From contig DATBBA010000002.1 of assembly GCA_036271235.1 (NCBI GenBank), positions 802 through 64,801 on the forward strand: a stretch of 64,000 bases of DNA. Reading direction: 5' to 3'. Positions within the stretch are counted from its first letter, which is position 1, and every line of letters starts with the position of its first letter. Below are positions 51,315 through 61,060 of the stretch, in pieces. The DNA comes from Gaiellaceae bacterium (lineage in GTDB: Bacteria > Actinomycetota > Thermoleophilia > Gaiellales > Gaiellaceae). The notes under the pieces are model-generated. The model was not told the DNA's origin. It was given only the letters and a program-made list of their open reading frames with translations, and searched no databases. The translations under genes and the position numbers were made by a program.

Positions 51315-53807
51315 TCAGTGGTGTGGCGGCGGTGGCGGCGGTGGCGGTGGCGGTGGCGGCGGTGGCGGCGGTGGTGGTGGCGGCTTCGGAACGTTGATGT
51401 TCACGTCGCCGTTACTCAGGCTCCCGTCGCCCGGGGTCTGGAGCACCCCGTTGATCCAGAGCTCGAAGACATCCGGATCGACCGCTGGATGGCCGGGGCC
51501 GGGAGCACCGGGGCCCGGCTTGCCGTTGTCCTCGACGTACACGAGGAACGACGAGCCGTCCTTCCCGGTACCTGCGAACCACGCGGAGGTGCCGTTGGCC
51601 TCGATCCCGAACGCCGTGATCGTCTTCGCCTCGTAGTGGAACGGCGGGGGCGGAGGCGGTCCCGGCTTGCCGCCCCTGGGCGGTGGCGGAGGCGGTGGGC
51701 TCGGGGGTCCGTCGAGGGTCAGGGTCCCGTTCGGCGAGCCGTTGTGCGCATCGACGTGGAAATCGGCGTGCGCTCCGCCCGGGAGCTGGAGCCCGCCGCC
51801 GTCGGCGGTACCGCTCGCCGAGTTGCCGACCGCGAACGTCTGGACGACCGGGGTCGCGGCGATCCAGTCCGAGTCGCCGCCCTGGGTCGCCGTGATCGCG
51901 CAGCTTCCGGCGCCCGTCAACGTCACGGTGCCGGGTGAGGTCGCCGTGACGGTGCAGGTGCCGGTCGCAGCGAGCGATACCGTGAGGCTGGAGGAGGCCG
52001 TCGGGTCGATCGTGAACGGCACGCCCGTGAAGACCATGTTCGGGATCGAGCCGAACGTGATCGACTGAGGCGCCTGGGCGACCGTGTAGCTGCCCATGCC
52101 CTGGGCGGCATTGCCGGCGATGTCGGAGGCTTCGCACGTCACGTGCTTCGGGCCTGCCGAGCTCGAATCGACCGAGCCGCAGGACACGGTCGCGTCGTCG
52201 AGGCCGGACTGCGGTGGCGAGGGATCGTCGGCCGCGTTGGCGTCCACTGTCGCGGTGCCGTGCAGCGCGACCGGATCCGGGCTCACCGTCGGCGCCACCG
52301 TGGGCGGCGTCTGGTCGACCTCGAACTCCACAGGCATCGCGGGCGAACCGCCGGCCGCACCCGTGTTGCCCTGTCCGTCCGTGGCGGTGCACGAAATGCC
52401 GTGCGTGCCGTCGTGCAGGGTGAACGAGCCGCTGGCTGCGGCCACGTCGAGCACGGTGTTCGACCCGTCGTTGCAGGTCAGGTGCGTCACCCCGGAGGCG
52501 TCGCTCGCGCTGACGTCGACCTCGACTCCATCCGTGCCGCTCGATGCGACGTTGTACCAGCCACTCGGAGCGACGGAGTCGCTCGGGCCGGCCGCGATCG
52601 TGATCACCGGCGGGCTCTCGTCGGTCGTGTTCAGCAGCACCGCGACGTGGCCGACGGGATTCTTCCCCGGCGTGAAGCTGTCGACGACGGCGATGTCCTG
52701 CTCGCCGTCACCGTTCAGATCCCCCAGGGCGATCGTGTTCAGATCCTGCCCCGCGCTGAAGGCGAGCGAGCTCTGGAAGGTGCCGTCGCCGTTTCCGAGC
52801 AGCACCGAGACATCGCCCGATGTGTTGTTGGCGACCGCGATGTCGAGCTTGCCGTCGCCGTTCAGATCTCCGAGCGCCACCGAAGACGGTCGCGGCTCGG
52901 GAGCCTGGGACTCGCTCGGGTAGTCGACGGCAGTATGGAAGGTGCCGTCGCCGTTTCCGAGCAGCACCGAGACATCTTCCGACAGGTTGTTTGCGACCAC
53001 CAGGTCGGGCTTGCCGTCCCCGTTCAGATCGCCGACCGCGACCGAAGAGGGAATGTCGCCGGCGTCGTAGTTCACGGCCGCCTGGAAAGTGCCGTCGCCG
53101 TTCGCGAGCAGCACTGAGGCTCCGCTTTCATCGACGACTACAAGGTCTGGCTTGCCGTCCCCGTTCAGGTCCGCCGCCTTCACCGAAGCCGGCTGGCTGC
53201 CGGTCACGTAGCTGGTGGCCGTCGTGAAGGTCCCGTCGCCGTTGCCGAGCAGCACCGAGACGGTGTTCGCCTCGATGTTCGCCACGGCGAGATCCGGCTT
53301 GCCGTCTCCGTTCAGATCCGCGATCGCCACGGAGTCCGGGCTGTCGCCGACGCTGTAGTTCAGGGCCGTCTGGAAGGTGCCGTCGCCGTTGCCGAGCAGC
53401 ACCGACACATCGTCCGTTCCCTCGTCGGCGACCGCGAGGTCCAGCCTGCCGTCGCCGTTCAGATCCCCGACCGCGATCGCGCGCGCCTCGAAGCCGACGG
53501 AGTAGTCGACCGCCGCCTGAAACGTGCCGTCGCCGTTACCGAGCAGCACCGAAACGCGGCTGTCCGTATCGCCGACGACGAGGTCGCGCCTTCCGTCTCC
53601 GTTCAGATCGGCGATCGCGACCCCTACCGGCGTCGGACCAACCGGGTACTCGACCGACGCACCAAAGCTGACCCCACTCGCCGCAGCCGACGAGCCCGCC
53701 AGTCCCAGCGCCAGCACAGCGCACGCTGCCACCACGAACAGCACGTACATAGAGCGACCACGCGACATCCCCGAGGCCGCACTCCCGCGTCGCTTGTTGC
53801 GAATCAC
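51315..53807 (-). CDS. secreted FG-GAP/VCBS seven-bladed propeller protein with Ig-like domains, conserved C-terminal module and poly-proline tail
   Basis: Signal peptide. Seven DLNGDG..VSVLLGNGDGTF repeats. The C-terminal region is homologous to that of the 17710 gene. Ends (P)20-HH. Confidence 0.9.
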   Translation of the reverse strand: MIRNKRRGSAASGMSRGRSMYVLFVVAACAVLALGLAGSSAAASGVSFGASVEYPVGPTPVGVAIADLNGDGRRDLVVGDTDSRVSVLLGNGDGTFQAAVDYSVGFEARAIAVGDLNGDGRLDLAVADEGTDDVSVLLGNGDGTFQTALNYSVGDSPDSVAIADLNGDGKPDLAVANIEANTVSVLLGNGDGTFTTATSYVTGSQPASVKAADLNGDGKPDLVVVDESGASVLLANGDGTFQAAVNYDAGDIPSSVAVGDLNGDGKPDLVVANNLSEDVSVLLGNGDGTFHTAVDYPSESQAPEPRPSSVALGDLNGDGKLDIAVANNTSGDVSVLLGNGDGTFQSSLAFSAGQDLNTIALGDLNGDGEQDIAVVDSFTPGKNPVGHVAVLLNTTDESPPVITIAAGPSDSVAPSGWYNVASSGTDGVEVDVSASDASGVTHLTCNDGSNTVLDVAAASGSFTLHDGTHGISCTATDGQGNTGAAGGSPAMPVEFEVDQTPPTVAPTVSPDPVALHGTATVDANAADDPSPPQSGLDDATVSCGSVDSSSAGPKHVTCEASDIAGNAAQGMGSYTVAQAPQSITFGSIPNMVFTGVPFTIDPTASSSLTVSLAATGTCTVTATSPGTVTLTGAGSCAITATQGGDSDWIAATPVVQTFAVGNSASGTADGGGLQLPGGAHADFHVDAHNGSPNGTLTLDGPPSPPPPPPPRGGKPGPPPPPPFHYEAKTITAFGIEANGTSAWFAGTGKDGSSFLVYVEDNGKPGPGAPGPGHPAVDPDVFELWINGVLQTPGDGSLSNGDVNINVPKPPPPPPPPPPPPPPPPPPPPHH
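51324..51383 (-). repeat. trinucleotide (CCN) tract encoding 20 consecutive prolines
   Basis: On the + strand: (TGG/CGG)x20, immediately before two His codons and the stop. Confidence 0.95.
52623..53672 (-). repeat. seven tandem ~47-57-aa FG-GAP blades (about 150-bp DNA repeats, in frame)
   Basis: Repeated GDLNGDGKPDL[AV]VAN...VSVLLGNGDGTFQ. Residues counted by hand (aa 46-395). Confidence 0.85.
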
Positions 53808-53931
53808 GATCCCCCCTTGTTTCTGCCGAGACCCCTGTCAAGAGAAGATCCTAATCAGCTACGAGCCAGGATTCACGGCGTTCATCCGGTGATTGTCCGT
53901 CCAGAAAACCGAGACACTCGAGCGATTCGCG

Positions 53932-54801
53932 TCATGTCGAGGATCCGAGCGCCGCGGCGTCCGACGGGTTCGGGCGGGTGGAGCCTGCAAGGAGGACGAT
54001 TCCGGCGACCGCGACGAGAAGCCCGACGACTGCGGCCCCCCGGTGTGCTCCCCCGCTTCTTGCAATCGTCTCGCCGTAGACGGCAGAGCCAAGGACGACG
54101 CTGGTGAACAGCGTGACCGAGTTGCTGGAAGCCATCGCGGGAGCAAGGACCCCCGTCTTCAGCGCAGATTGCTGGAGCCCAAACCCGAGCAAGGCGGTGA
54201 CGAGGAGCACGTAGCTCGACCACGTGCCGAGAAGCGCAAGCACACCTCCGCCGATCTCGGTGACGAACGTCTTCGTGACGGCAGCCTGCAGTCCGAAGGC
54301 AAGACCGGCGGCGACTCCGAGCGCGATCGCCTTCTCTGCGCCGGCCCGACGGCTTCCGATGGCGCCGGCAACGAGGACCAGCCCGAGCGTGATCGCGCAC
54401 GCGATCGTCCACGTCGCAGCACCTGGATGAGTGGTGCCGCCCCGAGGTTGTCCGGCAGAAAGGAAGCAGGCAATCCCGGTCAGCGTGAGCAGCGCCCCGC
54501 CGAGCTCACGCCGACCGATGTGCTGGTCGGTCAGCCAGCCGCCGAGGGGAAGAGCGATGACGAGGCTGAGCGAGACGAGCGACTGCGTCACTACGAGAGA
54601 CGTCCGATCGAGGGCCACGGCCTGCAGGATCCAGCCGACGATCTGAAACACCATCCCGGCCAGCCAGACAGGCTTGTGCAGGATCTCGATCAGGAACCCG
54701 GGGTCCTTCTCGCCGGCCTCGGTCGTCAGCGTGCCCTTCTGCTGCAACACGGTGCCCAGCGCGAAGGCCAGGGCCGCCAGGACTGCGAGGAGCTCACCCA
54801 T
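53932..54801 (-). CDS. DMT-superfamily integral membrane transporter
   Basis: 289 aa with about nine to ten TM helices in two similar halves. Confidence 0.75.
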   Translation of the reverse strand: MGELLAVLAALAFALGTVLQQKGTLTTEAGEKDPGFLIEILHKPVWLAGMVFQIVGWILQAVALDRTSLVVTQSLVSLSLVIALPLGGWLTDQHIGRRELGGALLTLTGIACFLSAGQPRGGTTHPGAATWTIACAITLGLVLVAGAIGSRRAGAEKAIALGVAAGLAFGLQAAVTKTFVTEIGGGVLALLGTWSSYVLLVTALLGFGLQQSALKTGVLAPAMASSNSVTLFTSVVLGSAVYGETIARSGGAHRGAAVVGLLVAVAGIVLLAGSTRPNPSDAAALGSST

Positions 54802-54894
54802 CGCTGTATTCGACCCCCACCGTTTCGGCGGCGGAGCAGACCTCGATCGCGATGCCCCGATTCATCGCTTGCCCAGGTCTGGGAGGTCTCTGCA

Positions 54895-55260
54895 TCACTC
54901 CTTTGGGAAGCCGCGCCGGACGATCGGGGCGAGGACAGCGGCATTGCTGTGCTCCGTGTCGCGGGCGGCGTAAACCAGCGTCAGGGTCCCGGTGCGGGCC
55001 CGACGGCGGAGTGACGAGACACCGTCGGCATGAGCTCGGAGCTCGTCCGTGTACCGGCGCTTGAACTCGTCGAACCGCTCGGGCCGGTGCGCGAACCAGC
55101 GGCGCAGCTCGTCGCTGGGAGCGAGTTCGTGCGCCCACTCGTCGATGCTCGCTCTCGTCTTCGCAACACCGCGCGGCCACAGCCGGTCGATGAGCACGCG
55201 GTAGCCGTCATCCGCGGACGGCGACTCGTAGGCCCGTTTCGTCCTGACGCTCAGAGCCAC
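54895..55260 (-). CDS. DUF488-family protein
   Basis: YRVLIDRLWPRGV..WAHELAPS..LRRWF motif set. GTG start. Confidence 0.75.
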   Translation of the reverse strand: MALSVRTKRAYESPSADDGYRVLIDRLWPRGVAKTRASIDEWAHELAPSDELRRWFAHRPERFDEFKRRYTDELRAHADGVSSLRRRARTGTLTLVYAARDTEHSNAAVLAPIVRRGFPKE

Positions 55261-55285
55261 ATTTGGACTCTAGGCCATGGATGGG

Positions 55286-56785
55286 CTAGGCCACGACCGC
55301 GTCGTCGACAGATACGGCTTCCTCGGTGGAGCGGGAGTCCGTCAGGGTCAGAGCACCCCATCCGGCGATGAAGCCGACGACGATCGCAAGCGCACCGTAG
55401 GTGATCCGTTCGCCGTGGAAGAACGAAGCGACGAGGTCGCTACTCCAGGCGCCGGCGGGGAGCTTGGTCGTGACGAGCGCTGCGATCGCGGTGCCGATCA
55501 CGGCAGTGCCGACGCTGGTGCCGACCTCCTGGGCGGTGTCGTTCAGCGCGGCGCCGATGGAGGTGCGGTTGCTCGGCATCGCGCCGATCAGCGCCACCGC
55601 GCAGATCGTCATCACGGTGCGCAGTCCGATGGACAGCAGCACCATGCAGACGGCGATCGCGGGATACCCGTGATCGACGGCCCACGAAAGCCCGACCAGA
55701 GAGCCCGTCAGGAAGATCGCCCCGATCAGGCAGGCAAAGCGCTGCCCGAGCCGCCGAACGAGCCACTCGGAGAACGGGCTGGCGGCGAGCATCGTCACGA
55801 TGATCGGAAGATTCGCCAGCCCGGCCTTCAAGGGGCTCCATCCGTAGGCGTACTGGAAGTGGAAGATGAGCCCGAACATCACGCTGGCCATCGCGATCGC
55901 CGTGCCGGTCTGCGCGATGGCCGCGCCACGCACCGTGCCGTCGGAGAAGACGCCGAGGTCGAGCATTGGTGCCGCGGTGCGGCGCTCGTGCCAGACGAAG
56001 CCAACGCCGGCCACGACAGCTCCGAGGATCGACGCCAGGGTGATCGCGGAGCCCCAGCCGTGCAGCACACCGCTCGTCAACGACCAGGAGGCGAGGCCGA
56101 TCGTGGTGATGCTCAGCGCTGCACCCGGCAGGTCGAGCGAGTCGTGGGTCAGGTCCTCGGATCGGTCGGCCGACACGCCGAGGCGGACGCCGATACAAGC
56201 GATCAGCGCGATCGGGGCGTTCACGACCAGCAGCCATTCCCAGCGCACGTGGGCTAGCGCGGTGCCGCCGAGCAGCGGCCCGAGGATGAAGCCGGACATG
56301 CCGACGACGATCATCACGGTGATCGCGCGCATGCGCGGCGCGTCGTCGTCGAAGAGACGGAACACCAGCGAGTTCGTGATCGGCGCCGTCGCTGCCGCGG
56401 CGATGCCGAGTGCGGCCCTGAGCGCGATCAGCTCGCCTGCCGTGGTGACGGCGATGACGCACAGGCTGAGCAGTCCGAACACGGCGAGTCCGATCAGCAG
56501 AACCCGCCGGCGTCCGAACCGGTCGGCAATCGATCCGGCGGTGAGCAGCAACCCGCCGAAGGTCAGCGCGTACGCGCCGCTGACCCACTGCAGCGCGGTC
56601 GTCCCGGCGCCGAGATCGCGCCCGATGGTCGCTAGCGCGATCGACATCAGGGAGTTGTCGACCATCTCGACGAAGAACGCCATGCAGAGGGCTGCCAGTG
56701 GAATCCATGCCGCCCGCAACGACGAGTACGTACGGGGGGTGGTTGCGTCGCTCATGCTCGTCCTCGACTCGGTCTGCTGCCGCAA
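55286..56785 (-). CDS. MFS transporter, DHA2 (14-TMS, EmrB/QacA-like)
   Basis: 499 aa. Motif A-like GSIADRFGRRRVLL, and 14 predicted helices. Confidence 0.88.
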   Translation of the reverse strand: MRQQTESRTSMSDATTPRTYSSLRAAWIPLAALCMAFFVEMVDNSLMSIALATIGRDLGAGTTALQWVSGAYALTFGGLLLTAGSIADRFGRRRVLLIGLAVFGLLSLCVIAVTTAGELIALRAALGIAAAATAPITNSLVFRLFDDDAPRMRAITVMIVVGMSGFILGPLLGGTALAHVRWEWLLVVNAPIALIACIGVRLGVSADRSEDLTHDSLDLPGAALSITTIGLASWSLTSGVLHGWGSAITLASILGAVVAGVGFVWHERRTAAPMLDLGVFSDGTVRGAAIAQTGTAIAMASVMFGLIFHFQYAYGWSPLKAGLANLPIIVTMLAASPFSEWLVRRLGQRFACLIGAIFLTGSLVGLSWAVDHGYPAIAVCMVLLSIGLRTVMTICAVALIGAMPSNRTSIGAALNDTAQEVGTSVGTAVIGTAIAALVTTKLPAGAWSSDLVASFFHGERITYGALAIVVGFIAGWGALTLTDSRSTEEAVSVDDAVVA

Positions 56786-56809
56786 CGGCCTTCTTGCCCT
56801 CGACCCCTG

Positions 56810-57298
56810 CTAGCCGCTCTCGTGCTGGGCACGCAACTCCTTGATCACGTCGAGCCGTTTGAGGCTCGCGTCCGGCCAGATCGTCCGTGAGTCGTAGTAG
56901 ATCTCGAACGCGGGTGCGCCGTCGGGAAGCTTCACCCACGGCACCTTCGACCTGGTGAAGATGTGCACATCGGGCGGGGCTGTCGACGGTTCGTCCAACG
57001 TCCCTCCACGCACGTACAGCAACTCGGGCCATCCGTACTCGCTGAACACGGCCACCTGGCAGGAGTGGCAACGGAACACTCTCTGCACACCACCGTCATC
57101 GCGGGCCACCTCGACCGGCCGCGGTTCGCCGTTCAGCACCTCTACCCGGTCGGCCTCGATCATCAGGTTGATCGCGAACGCGCTACCCGTCTGCCGCTGA
57201 CAGTTCAGACAGTGACAGCAATGAACGATCAGCGGTCCCGACGCAAGCCGGTAACGAACAAGCCCACATGCGCATCCGCCCTCGAGGCCGTCGATCAT
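56810..57298 (-). CDS. GFA-family (glutathione-dependent formaldehyde-activating / CENP-V-like) zinc protein
   Basis: GGCACGLVRY..HCCHCLNCQRQTGSAF..CHSC Cys pattern. I prefer ATG 57298. Confidence 0.8.
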   Translation of the reverse strand: MIDGLEGGCACGLVRYRLASGPLIVHCCHCLNCQRQTGSAFAINLMIEADRVEVLNGEPRPVEVARDDGGVQRVFRCHSCQVAVFSEYGWPELLYVRGGTLDEPSTAPPDVHIFTRSKVPWVKLPDGAPAFEIYYDSRTIWPDASLKRLDVIKELRAQHESG

Positions 57299-57353
57299 CG
57301 CCAAAGAAAAGCAAAACGATCCGAGTTCAACCGAGCGGCACCTAGCCGCCGGC

Positions 57354-57821
57354 GTGACGAGTGTCCTCACCGTGGCCCGGCGGTTAGCATCGCGATTGAT
57401 GCCAACCACAGCTGACGGACTTCTAAATGTGCTCACGCGGCTCAATCGGGCTCTCGCCTGGCAGCCCGGAAGGCCGGTCGAGCTCGCATCGCTCACGGCA
57501 GGTCAACTCGAGATCGTGCGAGTGTTCCGCAGAGGCGGGCCAACGTCCCTCAGCGACATTGCTGTAGAGCTCGGCGTCTCCGCCGCCTTCGTAAGCAGCG
57601 CAGTCGACGAGCTGCGGCATCAGGGCATCGTCGAGGAGTCCGGCGACAGGGTGGAGCTCGTTCCGGCGGTCCGGATGAGACTCGAGAAATGGCATGAACA
57701 TGGCGCTGCCGTCCTCTCTGACGCTATCGGCCGGCTCTCGGACACGGAGCGCAGCCACCTCGACGACGCCGTGCCTGTCCTCGTCTCCCTTGCCTCGAGC
57801 CTCCAGATAGACGGCAGGTGA
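57354..57821 (+). CDS. MarR-family transcriptional regulator
   Basis: wHTH LTAGQLEIVRVF..PTSLSDIAVELGVSAAFVSSAVDELRHQGIV. The start could be ATG 57399. Confidence 0.8.
   Translation: MTSVLTVARRLASRLMPTTADGLLNVLTRLNRALAWQPGRPVELASLTAGQLEIVRVFRRGGPTSLSDIAVELGVSAAFVSSAVDELRHQGIVEESGDRVELVPAVRMRLEKWHEHGAAVLSDAIGRLSDTERSHLDDAVPVLVSLASSLQIDGR
57384..57405. promoter_or_regulatory. candidate MarR operator palindrome
   Basis: TTAGCATC-gcgatt-GATGCCAA (7/8 complementary arms), in the GFA/MarR divergent region and overlapping ATG 57399. Confidence 0.3.
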
Positions 57822-57972
57822 CCGTTGTCATCGAGGAGTCCCTAGCCGGGTCCGGCGATCGGGTCGCGCTGCTCCTCGCAGCGAGCGGCGAGGGTGCGGC
57901 ACAGACCGCGGCCATCGATGCCGCCCTGGCCGTCCTCGACAGATGACACACCGACTAGCCCAAGGAGGATCC

Positions 57973-59559
57973 ATGTCCGTCGAACCAGGCGTCGAGCAGA
58001 TCATCGATGTCGCCTCCTCGCTCGGGTTCACGCTCACCGTGGACGAGGCCCAGATTTACCAGGCGGCAATCGTCACGCATCTCCATTCGGTCGACGCGTT
58101 TCTGAACGCAGAACTCGATGAAGACCGACCGCCCATGGTGTGCCCCGAGCGGGAACCCGGCCACGCGCCCGCGCCGGACGACGATCCGTATCGCGCGTGG
58201 ACGTGGAGGTGCCGTATCGGCAGCAACGACACGGGTCTCCTCTCGGGAAAGACCGTCAGCTTCAAGGATCACATAAGCGTGGCCGGCATTCCTCAACAGT
58301 TCAACTCGGGGCCGATGGCCGGATTCGTTCCGGACTTCGACGCGACCGTCGTGACGCGCGTGCTCGAATCCGGCGGAACCGTCGTCGGCAAGAACGTGAT
58401 GGATGGGTTCATGGGCGGTTCTCCCCGCCCGATCAACCCGCATGACCCGCAGCGCGTCGCCGGCGGCTCATCGTCTGGATCGGCAGTCGCCGTCGCTGCC
58501 GGCGAGGTCGACATCTCGTTCGGCGGCGACCAGGGAGGTTCGCTTCGTCACCCTGCCGCGTATTGTGGGATCGTGGGCCTCAAGCCCACGTTCGGGCTCG
58601 TGTCTCATTTCGGCGTGGGCTTCGGCGCAGAGGAGAGCGTCGACCACGTCGGGCCGCTGAGCCGGCGCGTCGAGGATGCGGCTATCGCTCTGGAGGCCGT
58701 GGCGGGCTTCGATCACCTCGACCCTCGACAGCGGCGCGATATCCCTGAACGCCTCGACGTCCTTCACACCCTCGAAGCCGGAGTGAGGGGCCTGAAGATC
58801 GGCATCCTGCACGAGGGCTTCGATGAGCCCATCGACTCCGATGTGCACGACACCGTCATGGCAGCGGTCGACGTGCTCGCCGGCGCAGGGGCCGAGGTCG
58901 AACACGTCTCCATCCCGGCACACCGTGAGATCGAGAGCGCGTTCAACCCGCTGATCTGGGGAGGAGCGAAGGCAATCTTCGGGACGTCGTTCTTCGGCAT
59001 GTGGTCGAAGACCTACTACCCGGCGGACGTCATCCAGAGGATCGGCCGGATGTGGGCCGAGCAAGCCGAGATGCTGCCGCCGATGACCAAGTGCAACTAT
59101 CTCGTCGCAGAGTTTTCACGGCGGATACACCACGGGGCGGCCTACGCGAAGGCCCAGAATGTTCGTTCGGCATTCGTGCGCGCGTACGACGAGGCTCTCG
59201 CCAGAGTGGATGTCCTCGTGCTTCCCACGTCGCGGCACGTCGCACCATCGATCGAGACTCCCTTGACCGACCCTCTGGCGGCGCTCGAAGCCAACCTGAC
59301 TCTGGGCCAGACGCTGCGAGCGGCAACGTACAACCTCCGATCCTCGAACTACACGGGGCACCCGGCGTTAGCCCTTCCGTGCGGAAAGGTGGACGGCCTG
59401 CCCGTGAGCATCCAACTGATCGGTCGGTTCCTGGAGGACCCGCTCCTGCTGCGAGTCGCGTACGCCTACCAGGAATCGGTGGACTGGGGCTCGATCTCCG
59501 GCATCGACGCGGTCCCAGGAGAAGGCCGACCGTTTCGGGGTCAGAATCCGGCGGCGTAG
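57973..59559 (+). CDS. amidase (amidase-signature family)
   Basis: AAGGAGGA SD. KDHISVAG and GGSSSGSAVAVAAG..GGDQGGSLRHPAAYCG signature. Confidence 0.9.
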   Translation: MSVEPGVEQIIDVASSLGFTLTVDEAQIYQAAIVTHLHSVDAFLNAELDEDRPPMVCPEREPGHAPAPDDDPYRAWTWRCRIGSNDTGLLSGKTVSFKDHISVAGIPQQFNSGPMAGFVPDFDATVVTRVLESGGTVVGKNVMDGFMGGSPRPINPHDPQRVAGGSSSGSAVAVAAGEVDISFGGDQGGSLRHPAAYCGIVGLKPTFGLVSHFGVGFGAEESVDHVGPLSRRVEDAAIALEAVAGFDHLDPRQRRDIPERLDVLHTLEAGVRGLKIGILHEGFDEPIDSDVHDTVMAAVDVLAGAGAEVEHVSIPAHREIESAFNPLIWGGAKAIFGTSFFGMWSKTYYPADVIQRIGRMWAEQAEMLPPMTKCNYLVAEFSRRIHHGAAYAKAQNVRSAFVRAYDEALARVDVLVLPTSRHVAPSIETPLTDPLAALEANLTLGQTLRAATYNLRSSNYTGHPALALPCGKVDGLPVSIQLIGRFLEDPLLLRVAYAYQESVDWGSISGIDAVPGEGRPFRGQNPAA

Positions 59560-60974
59560 CCGTCACGCCGCGCGTCAGAGCCCCCGACGAGCGCGTCCCC
59601 GGAGACCATGATCGCCTGCCCCGCGCCGAAGAGCGAGGAATCCGCCGAGAGGACAGGTGTCAGGCCCAGACCGTCGAGATCCCCGGCGTTCTCCCACAGT
59701 CCCTCCTCGAGCAAGACCTCCCCACCCTCGATCCGAAACCGGGGCCGATCGAGCGCCGACTGCGGGTCGCAACCGTCGTCGACGAGCGCCGAGACGAGTT
59801 GGAGGTGCGCCTGCGCCTGGATGAAGCCTCCCATCACACCGAAGGGCCCGAGGAGCTCGCCGTCTCTCAGAAGCATTCCGGGGATGATCGTGTGGTACGG
59901 CCGCCGGCCGGGCACGATGCGGCCGTTCACCGAGAAGCACGCCGCCCGATTGTTGAGGACGACCCCTGATCCCGGCGCGACCACACCGGAGCCGAAGTGC
60001 ATGAACAGGCTCTGAATGAACGAGACTGCCATCCTGTCCTCGTCGACGGCGCAGAGGTAGACCGTGCCGCCGTCGGGCATCGTCGGAGTCATCGCGCGCG
60101 CTTCCCGTCGGCGGTCGAGGAACCCCGTCTCGAGCAGCGAACGAACGTCCGCACCGTCGCGAACGTTCTCGAAAGCGTCTTCGAGCGCGAGCTGCATCGC
60201 ACGGACTCGAGAAGCGATGCCGGGCTCCATCCCCGAGTAGAGGCCGAGCCCTTCGAGCGCGGCGACCCCCTGGGTCGGCGGCGGCAGCTCCAGGACGTCG
60301 ATCTCCCGGTAGCGGATCGAGAGCGGCTCGACCCATTTCGGCGAGTAGCCTGCGAGGTCGGCTCCGTCGAGCTCCGAGGCGGCGCAGATCGACTCGGCGA
60401 TCCTGCCGCGATAGAACGCGTCGGGTCCTTCCGTTGCGATCAGCTCGAGGGTCTCGGCGAGGTCCGGCAGCGTGACCCGGTCGCCGAACGCGGGTATCGG
60501 CCCGAGCTCGGGCGGCACGACCGGCGCCTCACTCCATAGTCGAGAGGTGTGCCTTCCCACCGCAAATCCGCCTCGAGCGGCATCGATCGCGTCGCGAAGG
60601 CACGCGTCGAGGCCGAGCCGGCCATGCCGCTCGGCGAACGCCGCCCAGCCTGCCACGGCTCCCGGCACGTCGACGGAACGCGGCCCTTGCACCGGCGGCG
60701 TGTCGTCGTCGACGACGGCCGCGGCGGGCCCTGCCGCATCCAGGGCGGATACCTTGCCATGCTTGTAGACGAGGGCAAAGACATCCCCTCCGATGCCCGT
60801 CGACATCGGCTCGCAGACGGCGAGAACCGCTGCGGCTGCAAGCGCGGCATCGGCCGCGTTGCCGCCGCGCTCGAGCGCTCGTAGACCCGCACGAGTCGCA
60901 AGCGGCTGGCTCGTCGCGACCATCGCACGGAGGCCGATTGCCGGCGGGCGTGCCGGTCCGAGTCGCATCGACAT
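59541..60974 (-). CDS. ggt: gamma-glutamyltransferase family protein
   Basis: GGNAADAA..GIGGD, autoprocessing region DGGTVYLCAVD, and C-terminal GGSDARRDGYA. 19-nt convergent overlap with the amidase gene. Confidence 0.88.
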   Translation of the reverse strand: MSMRLGPARPPAIGLRAMVATSQPLATRAGLRALERGGNAADAALAAAAVLAVCEPMSTGIGGDVFALVYKHGKVSALDAAGPAAAVVDDDTPPVQGPRSVDVPGAVAGWAAFAERHGRLGLDACLRDAIDAARGGFAVGRHTSRLWSEAPVVPPELGPIPAFGDRVTLPDLAETLELIATEGPDAFYRGRIAESICAASELDGADLAGYSPKWVEPLSIRYREIDVLELPPPTQGVAALEGLGLYSGMEPGIASRVRAMQLALEDAFENVRDGADVRSLLETGFLDRRREARAMTPTMPDGGTVYLCAVDEDRMAVSFIQSLFMHFGSGVVAPGSGVVLNNRAACFSVNGRIVPGRRPYHTIIPGMLLRDGELLGPFGVMGGFIQAQAHLQLVSALVDDGCDPQSALDRPRFRIEGGEVLLEEGLWENAGDLDGLGLTPVLSADSSLFGAGQAIMVSGDALVGGSDARRDGYAAGF

Positions 60975-61060
60975 GGGCCGCAGGCTAGCCGCGTTTGCGC
61001 CTTCAGAGACGATTCGCGATGATGAGCTCCGATGAGCCAAGCGACGATTCAGGGGGAGCG

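Noticed and set aside
52623-53672. Regular ~150-bp DNA repeats that at first glance resemble an array.
   Set aside because: The repeats are in frame, variable in length (45-57 codons), and encode the seven FG-GAP blades of one large ORF. There is no repeat-spacer structure and there are no cas genes, so this is not a CRISPR array.
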